Origin: Octopus sinensis
Lineage: Eukaryota
Assembly (NCBI RefSeq): GCF_006345805.1
Contig: NC_042999.1
Coordinates: forward strand, 67,704,001 to 67,768,000
Direction of reading: 5' to 3'
Length of the DNA stretch: 64,000 nt
Under the pieces are notes generated by a model. That model searched no databases, had not been told where the DNA came from, and was given only the letters and a program-made list of their open reading frames with translations. The stretch's first letter is position 1, and each line of letters opens with the position of its first letter. Shown here piece after piece: positions 10,837-24,613 of the stretch. The translations under genes and the position numbers were made by a program.

Positions 10837-13800
10837 GAGAGTAGTGTCTTTTGATTGCTAATTTCTTGTCTATAGTCTGTAGATGATTGCAATGCTAGTC
10901 AACCTGTCAAGTTTCTTGGACTAAGATTTATAAAAGTGTAATTTGTTCCGCAAAATAGGAAGAAATCCCAAAACAGAAAATGCCTACGAATACATAGTAA
11001 TATATTGCATTGTTTTTTTTATTTCTTTTAAAAATTTTATATAACTGAACATCTACATCAGTTAAAGTCCATTTTTTATGCAGAGCTACATCATGATCCA
11101 ATGTCAGCTTTGGCATGGTTTCATCATCATCATCATCGTTTAACGTCTGCTTTCTATGCTAGCATGGGTTGGACGATTTTGACTGAGGGCTGGCGAACCA
11201 AATGGCTGCACCAGGCTCCAATCTTGATTTGGCAGAATTTCTACAGCTGGATGCCCTTCTTAATGCCAACCACTCTGAGAGTGTAGTGGGTGCTTTTTAC
11301 GTGCCACTGACACGGGGGCCAGTCAAGCGGTACTGGCAACGACCTCACTCGAATCCTTTTATACATGCCACCAGCACAGGTGCCAGTAAGGCGACGTTGG
11401 TAACGATCATGCTCGAATGGTGCCCTTTTACGTGCCACTAGCATGGAAGCCAGTTGGCTGCTCTGGCAATGATCACGCTCGGATGGTGCTCTTGGCACCC
11501 TACTAGCACGGGCACAAGCGCCAGTAAGGCGACGCTGGTAACGATCATGCCCGAATGATGCCCTTTAAGTGCCACTGGCATGGAAGCTGGTTAGCCACTC
11601 TGTCCTTGATATCACATAATGGTTGTAAATAAATCTCACCATCATACCATCATAGAACTGATGCTGTTTGTTATCAGTCTTCCATGAAAAGTATGTCTGA
11701 CTACAGAAAATATTGCCCTACTTGGAGACAGGTGATGGTTGTCAACAGGAAGGGCATCCAGCCATAGAATATCTGCCTCAACAAATTTCGTCCAACTCAT
11801 GCAAGTATGGAAAAGTGGATGTTACAACAATGTTGATGATGATAATGACAAGGATTAATGATTTAGTTATCTTTGTCACTGGGATATTGTTTTAGCCTCT
11901 GAACTAACAGACATCTGTCCAATGGCATTCCAATCATGACCACTCCATATTTTTTTTTGTAAGCACAATGCATCTATAGGAATACATTATTCAACTTGTT
12001 CTTCTTTTAAAAAAGTAGGGATGTTGTTTGAGAATGATTTGACTGCTATTTCTAGCAGTTGGAAAGACCACATAATGACTTCCTTGTGGGCTTTACTGAG
12101 AATTGCTGTTGCTTAGCCCTAAGTTAAACTCTATTGAGTATTCCATCAAAGGCATTCCAGCCATGGCCCTGCTATCTTTCATTCAAACAAAGTCTATCTA
12201 GGATTATACTATCTAATGTACCAAATCCCATCATCATCATTCAACGTCCATTGTGCATACTGACATGGGTTGGATGGTTTGACCAGAGCTGGCAAGTCAG
12301 GAGGCTGCACCAAACTCCAGCCTGATCTGGCATGGTTTCTTTGGCTGGCTGCCTTTCTTAATACCAACCACTTTACAGAGTGTGCTGAATGGTTTTACAT
12401 AGCATCACGTGGGTACTTATACATGGCACTACATAGGTGCTTTTATGTGGCACCACATGGGTATATAACTAATAAATCATGTTACCTATATAGCCATCTA
12501 CATATTACACTTGATGTATATATACTGTTGACAGGCAAGTTACTGTGGTTTTGGTCTGAGATAAAATCTGGTTATGGATGTGCTGTGTTTAAAAACACAA
12601 TATATATTGGAGAGGGATGAAAAATCCTCCCATCAGCAGCTAACAAGAATACCAGATGTATTTCAGCCTCGTTAGGCCTTGTCAATAATGTGTACTTGCA
12701 GTCAGCCACATGCCTAGGAGAGACTGGTTGCCTCTGATTTGGGAAACAGTAAATAGCACATTTCCTGATGTTGCAAATAACTGCTGGGTTGAATAAATAA
12801 TCTGGTGTACCTAATTGAGGTAGCGTTAAATAAACATACCCAACCGTGTATCATTTTTAACATATATACATTACAGACAGGCAAGTTGCTGTAGTTTTAA
12901 TCTGAGATGAAATCTCTTACGGGTGTGCTGTTTTTAAGAACATAATAGATATTGGAAGGAAATGTAAAATCATTCTGGCAGAGTAGTGAGAATGCCAGAT
13001 GCATTATGGGTGTTTGGGCCTTTGTCAATGATGTATACTCACAGCTAGCCATATGTTGGATGAGCTTTGTCATATCCAATATAGAAAAGTGTTTATATGA
13101 CATCCACTGGTGTTGCTTCCATTAACATGAATATAATTAAGAATTTCAAAGAACTTAATACAATAACCGATTTTTTCCACCATTTAGACAATGTTTAGAA
13201 CATATCTGATAGAATATTTCTCACATAAAATTATGTTGGAAGGTTTTAATTTAAATACGAACACTTCAAAATGGAGTGAGGATGCTTTGCATTGTAGATT
13301 GAGTGGTAGTGTCTGGGAAGTTGTTATGAAAGGATTATGAAGATTTATGGTTTAGAGGTTAGGTTTTTCAGCTCATGATTATAAGGTCATAAGTTCAATT
13401 CTTGGCAGCATGTTGGGCCTCTTGAGCAAGACACTTTATTTCAGATTGCTCCAGTCCACTCACTGACAAAAATGAATTATACATGTAATTCAGTGGAGCA
13501 GCCTTGTCACATTCTGTGTCATGTCGAATCACCTAGAGAATGATGTTAAGGGTACGCATGTCTGTGGAGTGCTCAGCCACTTGCATGTCAATTTCAAAAG
13601 CAGGCTGTTCCACTGATCAGATCAACTGAAACACTTGTCATCGTAACCGATGGGATGCCAGTTATGAAAGGATAAAGAGAGTTGGGTGTGGTTCAAGAGA
13701 GATTTTGCTGCCATTTTAAGGAGGTTAGATGATAACACAGAGATTTCCTTGTGGGTTTAACTACTAACGATAATGAGAGGAAGTGCCAAATTAATGATCT

Positions 13801-14220
13801 TCACTTAACAGCTGAAGAATAGAATGTATCCCGATGTAATCTGTGTGTGGATTAATTATAATTACTAAGACAATTAACACACACCCATGTACATGGGTGA
13901 CTCACTGATAATTATTAACAATTAGACCACACACACTCACACACACACACACACACACACACATTGTATCTTTCCTGTTTTGGTCTTGAGCATCTGACAC
14001 GCGTGTGAATACAGGGACACCAACATGTGTATGCATGTGAATACATACAGCGACACCCACACATGTATGCATGCCAGCAAATACACAAACGTACACAAGC
14101 GAACTTACACACAGTACCACACACACACACACACACACACAATTTCAGATTCTACAGCAAAAGAAGATAAAATCTCAATAGAATTATTAAAGTGTTCATA
14201 TCAAATAATTGACATTGTAA

Positions 14221-14621
14221 GGGAAGGAAGGAGGGAGAGAGAGAGAGAGAGAATAGAGGAGAAAAGAGAAACAGAAGTGGATAGAGAAAGAAATTAGAGG
14301 GAGAGAGAAAGGAGAATAAGGAATGATGGAAAAAGAATGAAATAGAAAGATGAAAAAGAAAGGAAGGAGAGGGAGATGAGAGAAAGAGAAGTGAAAAAGA
14401 GGGAGATGAGAGAGGGGGGCAAGAAAGATGAGAGAGAGAGAAGTAAGAGAGAAAGGTGAAACATGAGAGAGAGAGAGAGGTGAGAAAGATGTGAGAAGGC
14501 TGTGAAAGAAAGAGGGATGAGAAAGAGAGACAAGAGAGAGAGAGAGAGAGAGTGATGACAGAAAGAGAGGTAAAAGAGAGAGGAGAGATGAATGAAAGAG
14601 AAAGATAAGAAAGAGAGAAGC

Positions 14622-14661
<40 letters not shown>

Positions 14662-14790
14662 GAGACAACAAACAAAAAGAAATAAAAGCAGAGAGAAATA
14701 GGAGAGATTCCCCCCCCAAAAAAGAAGACTGAGAGCAGGAAAGAAGGAAATAAAGAAAAGAAAAAAGAGGGAGAAATGAGAGGAAATAAG
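14221..14790. repeat. GA-rich polypurine low-complexity tract
   Basis: About 570 nt, mostly A/G; similar tracts at 18361-18760, 21560-21900 (CT) and 46540-46800. Explains the long L/S/F-rich ORFs. Confidence 0.9.
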
Positions 14791-14795
14791 CTTAC

Positions 14796-14913
14796 CTATG
14801 AATCGGAAAATTCTTCGAATAATCTGTGGAAGCCTGCAGGCAGCACAGAGAATAGTAATAGAACGTTGAGGTTCAGAACTGAAGGCCCACATACCTATTT
14901 CACTTATTAATAT
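14796..14913 (-). CDS. PLPPR: PLPPR-like coding exon 3 (end of TM2 + loop)
   Basis: Acceptor ttatattttcag, donor G|gtaagc, 118 nt, phase 0 to 1. Encodes ILISEIGMWAFSSEPQRSITILCAACRLPQIIRRIFRFI(G), resembling vertebrate PLPPR1 '...GE...LLRRIIRFTGVF'. Confidence 0.9.
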
Positions 14914-15507
14914 CTGAAAATATAACAATACACAAATGAATAATAATAATAATAATAATAATATAATAATAATAATAATAATAACAATAATACCAACAAC
15001 AACAACAATAATAAAAAGATGGGCTGCAGCAAGTATGCTGCTCAATACCACAGATTTGCTTGTCAGTTGTTTGACCGTAACCAGTTGAGCATGTCCCTTA
15101 GTGGCTGATGATATGTGCATCTCTGATCACGAGTAGAAGTAGTGGAGGAGCATCATAGCTATGTGTTGAAAGGAATTCTGTGGGGTTTGCATAATTTACT
15201 TTGGAAACATGGGTGCTTCGTTCAATATCCTTAAACAACCCTTATTCAGGGACCCTTTGAGTGGGATGGATTACTCGACAAGAAGAAAATCCTAACTGGG
15301 CCCCACCTGCAAGGTCATGTGCTGTTTATCTTGATATGGGATCACCATATCTTGCACATATGGTTGTGATGCATGTCTCTGGTGTACCCTTATCAGACGG
15401 GTAATCAGGGTGGGTATATTGAGCTTTGTATATTTTACCCCAGTTTCTGTGTTGAAGCATATTCTGTTGTGTCCGTGGAGAGTCATTCTCTTTTGGTGCC
15501 TTATAGA

Positions 15508-15544
15508 CTATTGAAAAGATTGCGAGACGCAACGAAAATTTTAG
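15508..15544 (+). ncRNA. Minimal hammerhead-like motif (U3-A8 variant)
   Basis: CTA-TTGAAAA-G-ATTGC(gagac)GCAAC-GAAA-AT-TT-TAG; AATT palindrome. Confidence 0.5.
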
Positions 15545-15660
15545 AAAAATAAAGAAATGAGTGGAAATTTCACCAGTGCGTGTGTTAAATTATAAGGCAC
15601 CAAAAGAGAATGACTCTCCCCAGACACAACAGAATAATAATTATGATAATAATAACAATG

Positions 15661-15714
<54 letters not shown>

Positions 15715-16274
15715 TTAATAATTATAATAATACTAATAATAATAATGGTTTCAAATTTTGGCGCAAGGCCAGCAGTTTTGGGGAGGATACAAGGATATAA
15801 GGTATTCAGCTGGTACTTATCTTATGGACCCCAAAGGGATAAATGGCAAAGTCAACTTTGGAGGAATTTGAACTCAGAACGTAAGGGCAGACAAAATATT
15901 GCTAAGCATTTTTCCCAGCATGCTAATGATTCTGCCACAATAATAATGACGATGATATTCCTTCCTACTTTGGCCACAGGCTGACCAAAGCTTTGGAGTG
16001 GATTTGGTCAATGGAAAGTGGAGGAAGTTGGTCATATTTATATTTATGTGTGTGTTTGTTTGCACTGTAGTAGCACTTGACAACTGCTGTTGGCTTGTTT
16101 ATGTCCCTGTAACTAAGTGGTTTGGCAAACAGAGACTGAAAGAATAAGTACCAGACTGTGAAAAAATAAATTACTGGAGTTGATTTGTTCTTGAAGGCAG
16201 TACCCATCCACGGCTGCCATCCAATGACTGAAACAAGTAAAAGATAAATGATATATATATATATCATTTATCTT

Positions 16275-16307
<33 letters not shown>

Positions 16308-17099
16308 ATGTATATATCACCATCATCATCGTTTAACTTCTGCTTTCCATGCTAGCATGGGTTGGACGATTTGACTGGGGACTGGTGAGCCAGATGGCTG
16401 CATCAGGCTCCAATCTGGCAGAATTTCTACAGCTGGATGCCCTTCCTAATGCCAACCACTCCAAGAGTGTGGTGAGTGCTTTTACATGCCACCGGCATGA
16501 GGGCTAGTCAGGCGGTACTGGCAACGGCCATGCTTTTTACATGCCACCTGCACAGGAGCCAGTCCAGTGGCACTGGCAACAACCTCGCTCAACTGTTTTT
16601 TCATGTGCCAATGGCACAAATGCCAGTAAGGCGACACTAGTAATGATCATGCTCAAATGGTGCTTTTTACATACCACCGGCATGGAAGCCAGTTAGTCAC
16701 TCTGGCAACGATCATGCTTGGATGGTGCTCTTAGCGCTCCACTAGCATGGATGCCAATCATCAAATTTGATTTCAATTTCGATTTCACTTGCCTCAACAG
16801 GTCTTCGCAAGCAGAGTTTAGTGTCCAATGAAAGAAAGGTACATATAAGTAGGCTGGTTACATCCCTGGCATAGGCCACTATAAAGTGGTTGGCATTAGG
16901 AAGGGCATCCAACCATAGAAACCAATCCAACTCAGACTAGAATTTGGTGCAGCTCTCTGGCTTGCTAGCTTTGGTCAAATCATCCAACCCATGGCAGCAT
17001 AGACAACAGACCTTAAAGGATAATGATGATAATGATGATATATATATACATATATATATATATATTATATATATATATATATTCTTTTATTTGTTTCAG

Positions 17100-17139
<40 letters not shown>

Positions 17140-17223
17140 AAATAATTAATCAATTCATAATTAAACCAAGTAGTTCGGTATGTTAAAAGAACCATTATCA
17201 GTAACCTTATACAAAAATTCTTT

Positions 17224-17447
17224 AATTATAATTAGGGTTCAGCAAAAATTACTTTACCACATACCGAAATTTAGAAATAGCAGTTAAATACTCTTCCACT
17301 ACCATAAGATATCTCCCAGACTTTACCTGTGTGAGTTGAGAGTATTACTGTCTGGGAGATATCTTATGGTAGTGGAATAGTATTTAACTGCTATTTCTAA
17401 ATTTTGGCATGTGGTGAAGCAATTCTTGCTGAACCCTAATTATAATT
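17224..17447. repeat. 98-bp-arm inverted repeat (foldback)
   Basis: Arms 17224-17321 and 17350-17447, 6 mismatches, 28-nt loop. Confidence 0.9.
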
Positions 17448-17452
17448 ATAGA

Positions 17453-17498
<46 letters not shown>

Positions 17499-20400
17499 TC
17501 ACATACAAAAGCATACATATACACATATATATATATATATATACATACACAATCTATATATTTATGTAAATCTATATACATGCATGTGTGTTTGTGTTTA
17601 ACTAACTGTCTAATTGTTTCAATCTCTGATGTGTTCTTGCACAATTCTCCCAGTAGATATCAACAAACAACAATCTCCAGTAGATTCATAGCAGATTTAA
17701 ACTAGAAATACACACATATGTATATGCATAAGAATAAGTAATGTGTGTGTGTGTATGTGTAAAGTAGCGCACATGTGCCAGCTATATCTCAGACAATTAA
17801 CACTTCAACACGAGGGCAGATTGAAGCAATATCAAGCAATATCCAACACTTAATTTAGTGCCTATCTCCAGATCTTCTGCTTAAGCTTTTGCAACAAGTC
17901 ACATGGTAACAATTAAAATGCAGACACACAGACAGATACTTAATACCACCAGGTACACCTGTCTCTCATTCTCACATCATACTGTGTCCATCTCATCCTC
18001 TAAAACATAGAACAGCTACTCATTATACCCTTACTTATCCCATATCTATTCACAAGACTTTGGCTGGCTCTGGGCTATAGCAGAAAATAACTCACCCAAA
18101 GTGCTTAAGAGTGGGACCAAAGTCAAAACAAAAGAATTAGATCTTGTTTAGACATAAAGAACATTTTGGATAATGGAAACAATGGGTTAGACCGAAATGT
18201 CCTTGGTCTGCAGGATCTGAACTGGGCCAGGTTTAAAGTGTAACAACAAAAAAATTCATTAGTCTGGAAGGACATTCTATGTTTGATAGGTGTTGATGTT
18301 GCACCTACTGTAGACTAAATTTTAAAATTAATTAAATGTCTAATTACTTTAGGTGAGATGTCAAAGAGAGAGAGGGGGGAGTAGGAGAGAGAGGGCAGGA
18401 AAGAGAAGGGGTAGGAGAGAGAGGGAATAGCATAGACAAAACTGGAACATCAGAAACAAAAAAAAAGAAAGGTTAGAGAGAGAGAGAAAGAGAGGAAGAA
18501 AGGGGAAGCAAAGGGAAAGTGGAGACAAAGGGAAAGAATGAGAGAACGACAACTGAGGGATGGAAGAGAGGGAGAGAGAGAGAGAATGGAGAGAGAGAGA
18601 GAGAGAGAATGGAGAGAAAAATAGACAGAGTGAAGCTGGGAAGAAAGAGTAGAGGAAAGAAGGCCTAGGAATGATAAAGAAAAAAAGGGATCAGAGAGAA
18701 GGTGACTGAAAGAGGGAAAAAAAGAGTGAAAATGAGAGAGAGAGAGAGAAGGAGAGGTGTTTATTGTGAGAAAAGATGGGAATAAGATGTTGGTGAACTG
18801 CAGAGTGAAAAACTTGGGAGCATCTTAGGGAGTTTGTTTGGAGTACCAAGTTAAACAAGGAGAAATATTGGTTTCCAATTTTGGCACAAGGCCAGTAATT
18901 CCAGGGAAGCGGTAAATCAATTACATTGATCCCATTTGTCATTTGGTACTTATTTTATTGAGCTTGAAAGGAATGAAAGGCAAAGCCGACCTTGACGGAA
19001 TTTGAACTCAGAACGTAAAAACATGAAGTACTGCTCAGCATTTCACCCAGCATGCTAACGTCTCTGCCAGCTTGTCACTTCACAAAAATAAAGAGAAATA
19101 CCGAAAGAGAAAACTTCTTTTGCTGTAACAGTAAGGTATGAAATTAGGATCAAGTATTGTGTGCTACACCACTCTTTCAACTCTCGCTACAGACACTGAG
19201 AGTGAAAGTGTGTGTCCTGGTGGTTAGGGGTTTGCATTCGTGATTGTAAGATTACGATTTCAATTCCGAAACCAGGCAGTACATTGTACTCTTGCGCAAA
19301 ACACTTCATTTCCTGCTGCCTCAGTCCACTCGGCTGTAAAAGAATTCCAACAAAAGCCAGGAAGTGAAACTGCATGATTGGTCACTGTTCCATTCAGTGG
19401 GGGAATGTTGTAATCTCAGCCACTTATGCACCATGAAAACCAGGTTTAACTTTGGACTTATGAGCCCTAGGGATCATGAAAGGACCTACCAGATGCTAAG
19501 GTTTTTTTGGTGTGTTTATCAAGATTGTTTTTTTTTTTGTTTTTGTTTTTAGTGGCTAAGTCTGGAGAAAGGAGCAGTGCCCTTTGAAACTAGTGAGTCT
19601 GATGCTGCCAATGTTTTATTTAAACACTTGCAGGTCAATGCACGCAGGAAAGGGACATCAAGATTTGATGAGGCGTCGGGGGTGGGGGGGGGGCTGAAGG
19701 CTAATCCCCTACCCCTGTAAAAATCGAGTTGATTTCAGAAACTGCAACAGATCAAAACCTACTCAACTCCGGTGAACCTTTGATCATAGATGGGAGACGA
19801 GAAGGAGAAGCTGGAATGAGACCAGAACAGTGGCAGAAAACAGCTGATTGGAGAGGTCATGTTGGAGTGCCTCATGGCACAGAGAGAACTAATGAACTAA
19901 CTGACCAACATGCAAGAAAGACATAAGCAGGGAAGAGATTCCAGAAGGGGAAATAGGACCAGGCATAATGGTCGGTACAGTTCCATATTGAAGGGACAAG
20001 GAATTATGTACATTATTTACATTATTTACATTTGAAAGCTGGAGGGTATATCAGCCGAAATGTTGTGTTAACAACAAACAAGATGAGGACAAATATCGGT
20101 CAAATGTAAATAATGTAAATAATGTATAATGGTTGGTGCATGGTAGAGTGGGTTGGCTGCAATACAGATGACAAATTGTGAAGAGAAAAGTGGGTAGGGG
20201 GCAGAGGGTTGCCTGTGTGGCAGAGGTACAATACCAGCCAGCTCTGAGGATTGTTCCTTTTTTAATGGTTTAATATTAATAGGAAGGGAGAAGGCAGTGC
20301 ACTGGCAAAACCATTGGCATGTCAGGCAAAATGCTTAGAAGCATTTTGTGTGTCTTTATATACTGAGTTCAAATTCCATTGAGGTTGACTTTGCCTTTCA

Positions 20401-21693
20401 TCCTTTTGGGGGTCCATAAAAAAAGAACCAGTTTGAGCACTTGGGTTGATCTAATCGACTTAGCACCTCTCCCAAAGTTGCTGGCTTTGTGCCAAAATTT
20501 GAAACCGACATTAATAAGAAGAGCAGCAATGCACCCTAGACTGCCCTTCTTGACTAAAGGGTTCAGCTTGTACATTAGGGTCAAGTTCCTGAATAGTAAA
20601 AGAGGGGATCAGGAATATCTGACAAAACACCCTAATAAACACACACACATACAATTCAGTAGCTCCCTTCAATTTTGAGAGAAAGTATGTTCCCCCAGCT
20701 GCCATGAGAGCCTGAAAATAATCTTGTTCCACCCTTGAAGAATTTATCTTAGAGGACTTGATAGAATTCCTGATCAGTTTTAGGCCTTCGGTAATTCTTT
20801 GGAAATAAGGAGTTATTCTCAGACTTGAGGCCTGGCCTGAATGTTTACAACAGTATGGCCACCAAAAGACCAGGTAGAGGTGTTTAATTGGATGACAGAT
20901 CAAGCTACCCACACCCAAACAGGAAGGGTCCCTATAACTAGCACACACATACAAGTTTCCATCTACTATATTTCATCACTCAGGCGGCGAGCTGGCAGAA
21001 ACATTAGCACGCCGGGCAAAATGCTTTGCGGTATTTCATCTGCCGTAACGTTCTGAGTTCAAATTCTGCCAAGGTCGACTTTGCCTTTCATCCTTTCGGG
21101 GTCGATAAATAAAATACCAGTTTCGCCCTGGGGTCAATGTAATCGACCTAATCCCTTTGTCTGTCCCCTCTATGTTTAGCCCCTTGTGGGTAGTAAAGAA
21201 ATATATATTTCATCACTCACAAGGCCTTGATCATCTTGTGGCTAAGGTAGAAAGCATTTGCCCAAGATGCTGTGAAGAGGGGTCAAACTTAAAACCACAA
21301 AGTCATAAACTGAAGTTCTTAACCACACAGCCACAACTGTAATCAGCATTGAACCTTGAAAGTCAAATTACAGGCTTATTACATTCCGTTGTCAGCCACA
21401 CCTGTCTATCGCTTATACCGGATACTTCACACTTAACATGGATATTATAATTCACTCGCTGTCTCCAAATGTATGTGTGTGTGTATCTAGTTATCTATCT
21501 GTCTATCTATCTATAAGATATGATATATCTCACACTCTCTCATGATATATATATATATATATATATATATCACTTCCCTTTTCACCGTTCCACTCTCTCT
21601 CTCTCTTTTTCCAAAGCTATATTTTACTTTCTTTCTCTTTCATTCCCCTCTTTTTAAAGTCATCTTTCACTTCCTCTCTTCTCTTTCTGTCTC

Positions 21694-21730
<37 letters not shown>

Positions 21731-21961
21731 CCTCTCTCTCAATACATCACACATTCTTGCCAATGTCTGTCCCCTGTTTCTCTTTCTCTAATTTTGTATC
21801 TTTCACTTCCTCTCCAATCTTTCTTCAATAATGTTGGCTTTTCCCTCTATCAATCTTTCTTCCTTGCCTCTCTCCCTCTCTCACACTATATCATCTATCA
21901 ATGCATACATACATACATACATACATACATACATACATACATACATACATACATACATACA

Positions 21962-21997
<36 letters not shown>

Positions 21998-22233
21998 TCC
22001 TTACTCTCTAATGCAATCACTTTTTCGTCTCTCTCTTTCTCTTTCCTCCCCCATCAATGCATGCAGTGAAGTTGAGGTTGCAGCAGTGTTGCCAGGGGTA
22101 ATGCATCTGATCTGACCATTCTAAGCAAGCAAACAAGCCAGTAAGATGGAAGCTAATCAATAAACACTAACACACATGTACACACATACACACACACGTG
22201 CAAATATACATATACACACACATATACACACAC

Positions 22234-22264
<31 letters not shown>

Positions 22265-23039
22265 TGCTAACATGCATATATGTTATACACACACACACTA
22301 CACACATTTTATAAGCCTGCATGCTGCATCTTCATGACTAATGCATGTATATAAGCTGTATGTTGCCTATCTACTATAAGCCTCAAAACGGTTGCTTGCC
22401 CTACAAAAAATAGCAGCCAAATTCCCACTCAAGGAAGGCCATATTACATAACGTAAATTCCTGAACACTGCTGAAAAGCTGAGACAGACACATCAGGATT
22501 GTCCACTATCACCATCATCACCACCACCAACAACAACAACAACAGCTCAGTAATCTCAAGCAAATGAAGGGCCATATCACAACCACCTGTATGCTAGAAG
22601 TAGCAGCCAAGTCTCTTTCAATTTCGATTTGCGCTCTGCTGTTTTAAAAAAGGAAGGACAAACTGGACATTGTAGTCCCTGGTGGGTGGGTGGGTGAGAG
22701 GGGTGAAACAAGCTGAAGGCCTGGAAAAATTACTGGATTGATAATATGATGGAGATGACGGGATTGACGATGTGACGGTTAAGGGGAGCAGTAAGAGATA
22801 GAGACGAATGGGGAAGAATTGTTGGAGGAACCACCCACAACCAAAGAATTGATAGTTGTAGATGGTGGTGATGATGATCTTAAGGAACACAATGCCAGAA
22901 AATTAACCTCCCTGTCAACCAAAAACAAACAAAATCAAAACAAGATGCTTGTAGCTTGCAAGGACTGATTAAGGGACTAAAGAATAATAACAACAACTGA
23001 ACCATCACTACAGCAACAAGAACAATACTATCACTGCCA

Positions 23040-23230
23040 TCACCACTATTATTATTGTCAGCACTATTATCAATGCCAATATCAACACCACCACCACCAC
23101 CGCCAGCACCACTGCTACTACCAACAACTACAACTCCTACCACAATAATTACTGTTAAAACAACAACTACAACTTCTTCAACTACCACCACCACTACTAC
23201 CACCACCACCTCTATCACCACCATCACTGT

Positions 23231-23266
<36 letters not shown>

Positions 23267-23344
23267 CACCACTGCCTACGACAACTACTATCACTACATA
23301 CATCACTATCCCACAACCACTACTACTACTACCACCACCATTAC

Positions 23345-23380
<36 letters not shown>

Positions 23381-23475
23381 CACTGCCTACGACAACTACT
23401 ATCACTACATACATCACCATCCCAACAACCACTACCATTACTACTACCACCACCAACACCACTACTACTACGTTA
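23040..23475. repeat. (ACT/ACC)n trinucleotide low-complexity tract with an internal duplication
   Basis: The block ...accactgcctacgacaactactatcactacatacatcac occurs twice. Confidence 0.85.
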
Positions 23476-23619
23476 TAGCAGACACACTGGAAATAAATAT
23501 ATCAGTAAACATTAAAACATGAAAATGTCAAAATGTAAATTTATTTAAATGAAATAATCATCCAACTTGTGTATAAATAAATAAGAGAGAAGACAAGGGG
23601 GAAAAATAATGAAATAATG

Positions 23620-23795
23620 ATTAAACATACATGTGTGTATATATATGAGTGTGTGTGTATGTGTATGCATATCTATGTATGCCTAATGTGTATGCATATA
23701 TGTGCATGTGTGTATATATGTATGCATATATATAAAATTTTAACCATTTTCCATTCCTGCATGTATGTATGTTTGTGTGTATGTATATATAAGTT

Positions 23796-23838
<43 letters not shown>

Positions 23839-23984
23839 TACAAATGTGTGTAGATATATGCATTTGTCTTGTATTTATATATAAAATGTATATATGTATA
23901 AATGTGTATATATGCAGTTATGTACATCTATATTTACACATTCATATATGTGTGCAAGTGTATGTGTGTATATGTATATATATA

Positions 23985-24016
<32 letters not shown>

Positions 24017-24427
24017 GCATATATATATAATGTTATAAATACAAATTTAACTGTGTATAACTATCTATGTATGTGTATATTTACATATGTACAAATAAAT
24101 GTGACAGTGTGTGTGTGTGGATGTGTGTATTCATATGGATCTTGAATCTGTTTATACACACACTTACGTGCTCACTCCAGGATGACACCACTGAGAGGGT
24201 CATTGCTGGAAACAACAGACAGCTAAAGAAAGATGTGTATCCGTGTGTGTGTGTATCTGTGTGTGTGTGTGTGTGTATCTGTGTGTGTGTGAGACTGTCA
24301 AGTTGTTTCTAGGAAATTTCCTGTTATTTTCCATCTTAAAGCCAATAAGAAATTTCATATATTTTTCTGAGGATTTTAATTTATTTCCTTTTCAAGCCAA
24401 AAGCATCTTTGTTTGCATATGTGATTA

Positions 24428-24459
<32 letters not shown>

Positions 24460-24473
24460 CATGTGTATGAGTG

Positions 24474-24523
<50 letters not shown>

Positions 24524-24563
24524 GACATCATGTATGTGTGTACATACACACACACACACACAC

Positions 24564-24613
<50 letters not shown>

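Noticed and set aside
13882-13899. Perfect 18-bp palindrome cacccatgtacatgggtg
   Set aside because: About 0.25 expected by chance in 64 kb; no other support.
14152-15120. 322-aa ORF and overlapping L/S/F-rich ORFs
   Set aside because: Products of GA and AAT repeats; only 14796-14913 is a real exon.
15100-15150. CTGATGA in repeat family G as a hammerhead
   Set aside because: No helix II followed by GAAA.
17165-17215. Hammerhead-like parse CTGATAA...GAAC on the minus strand
   Set aside because: Core, GAAA and helix I are all imperfect.
20511-20954. 147-aa ORF or LINE endonuclease remnant
   Set aside because: Only a weak YRRP-like motif in another frame with stops; 40388-40576, 28560-28810, 43780-44030 and 59880-59990 are similarly unassignable.
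22880-23522. Thr-rich mucin-like and Val-rich ORFs
   Set aside because: Trinucleotide low-complexity tract with no splice or domain support.
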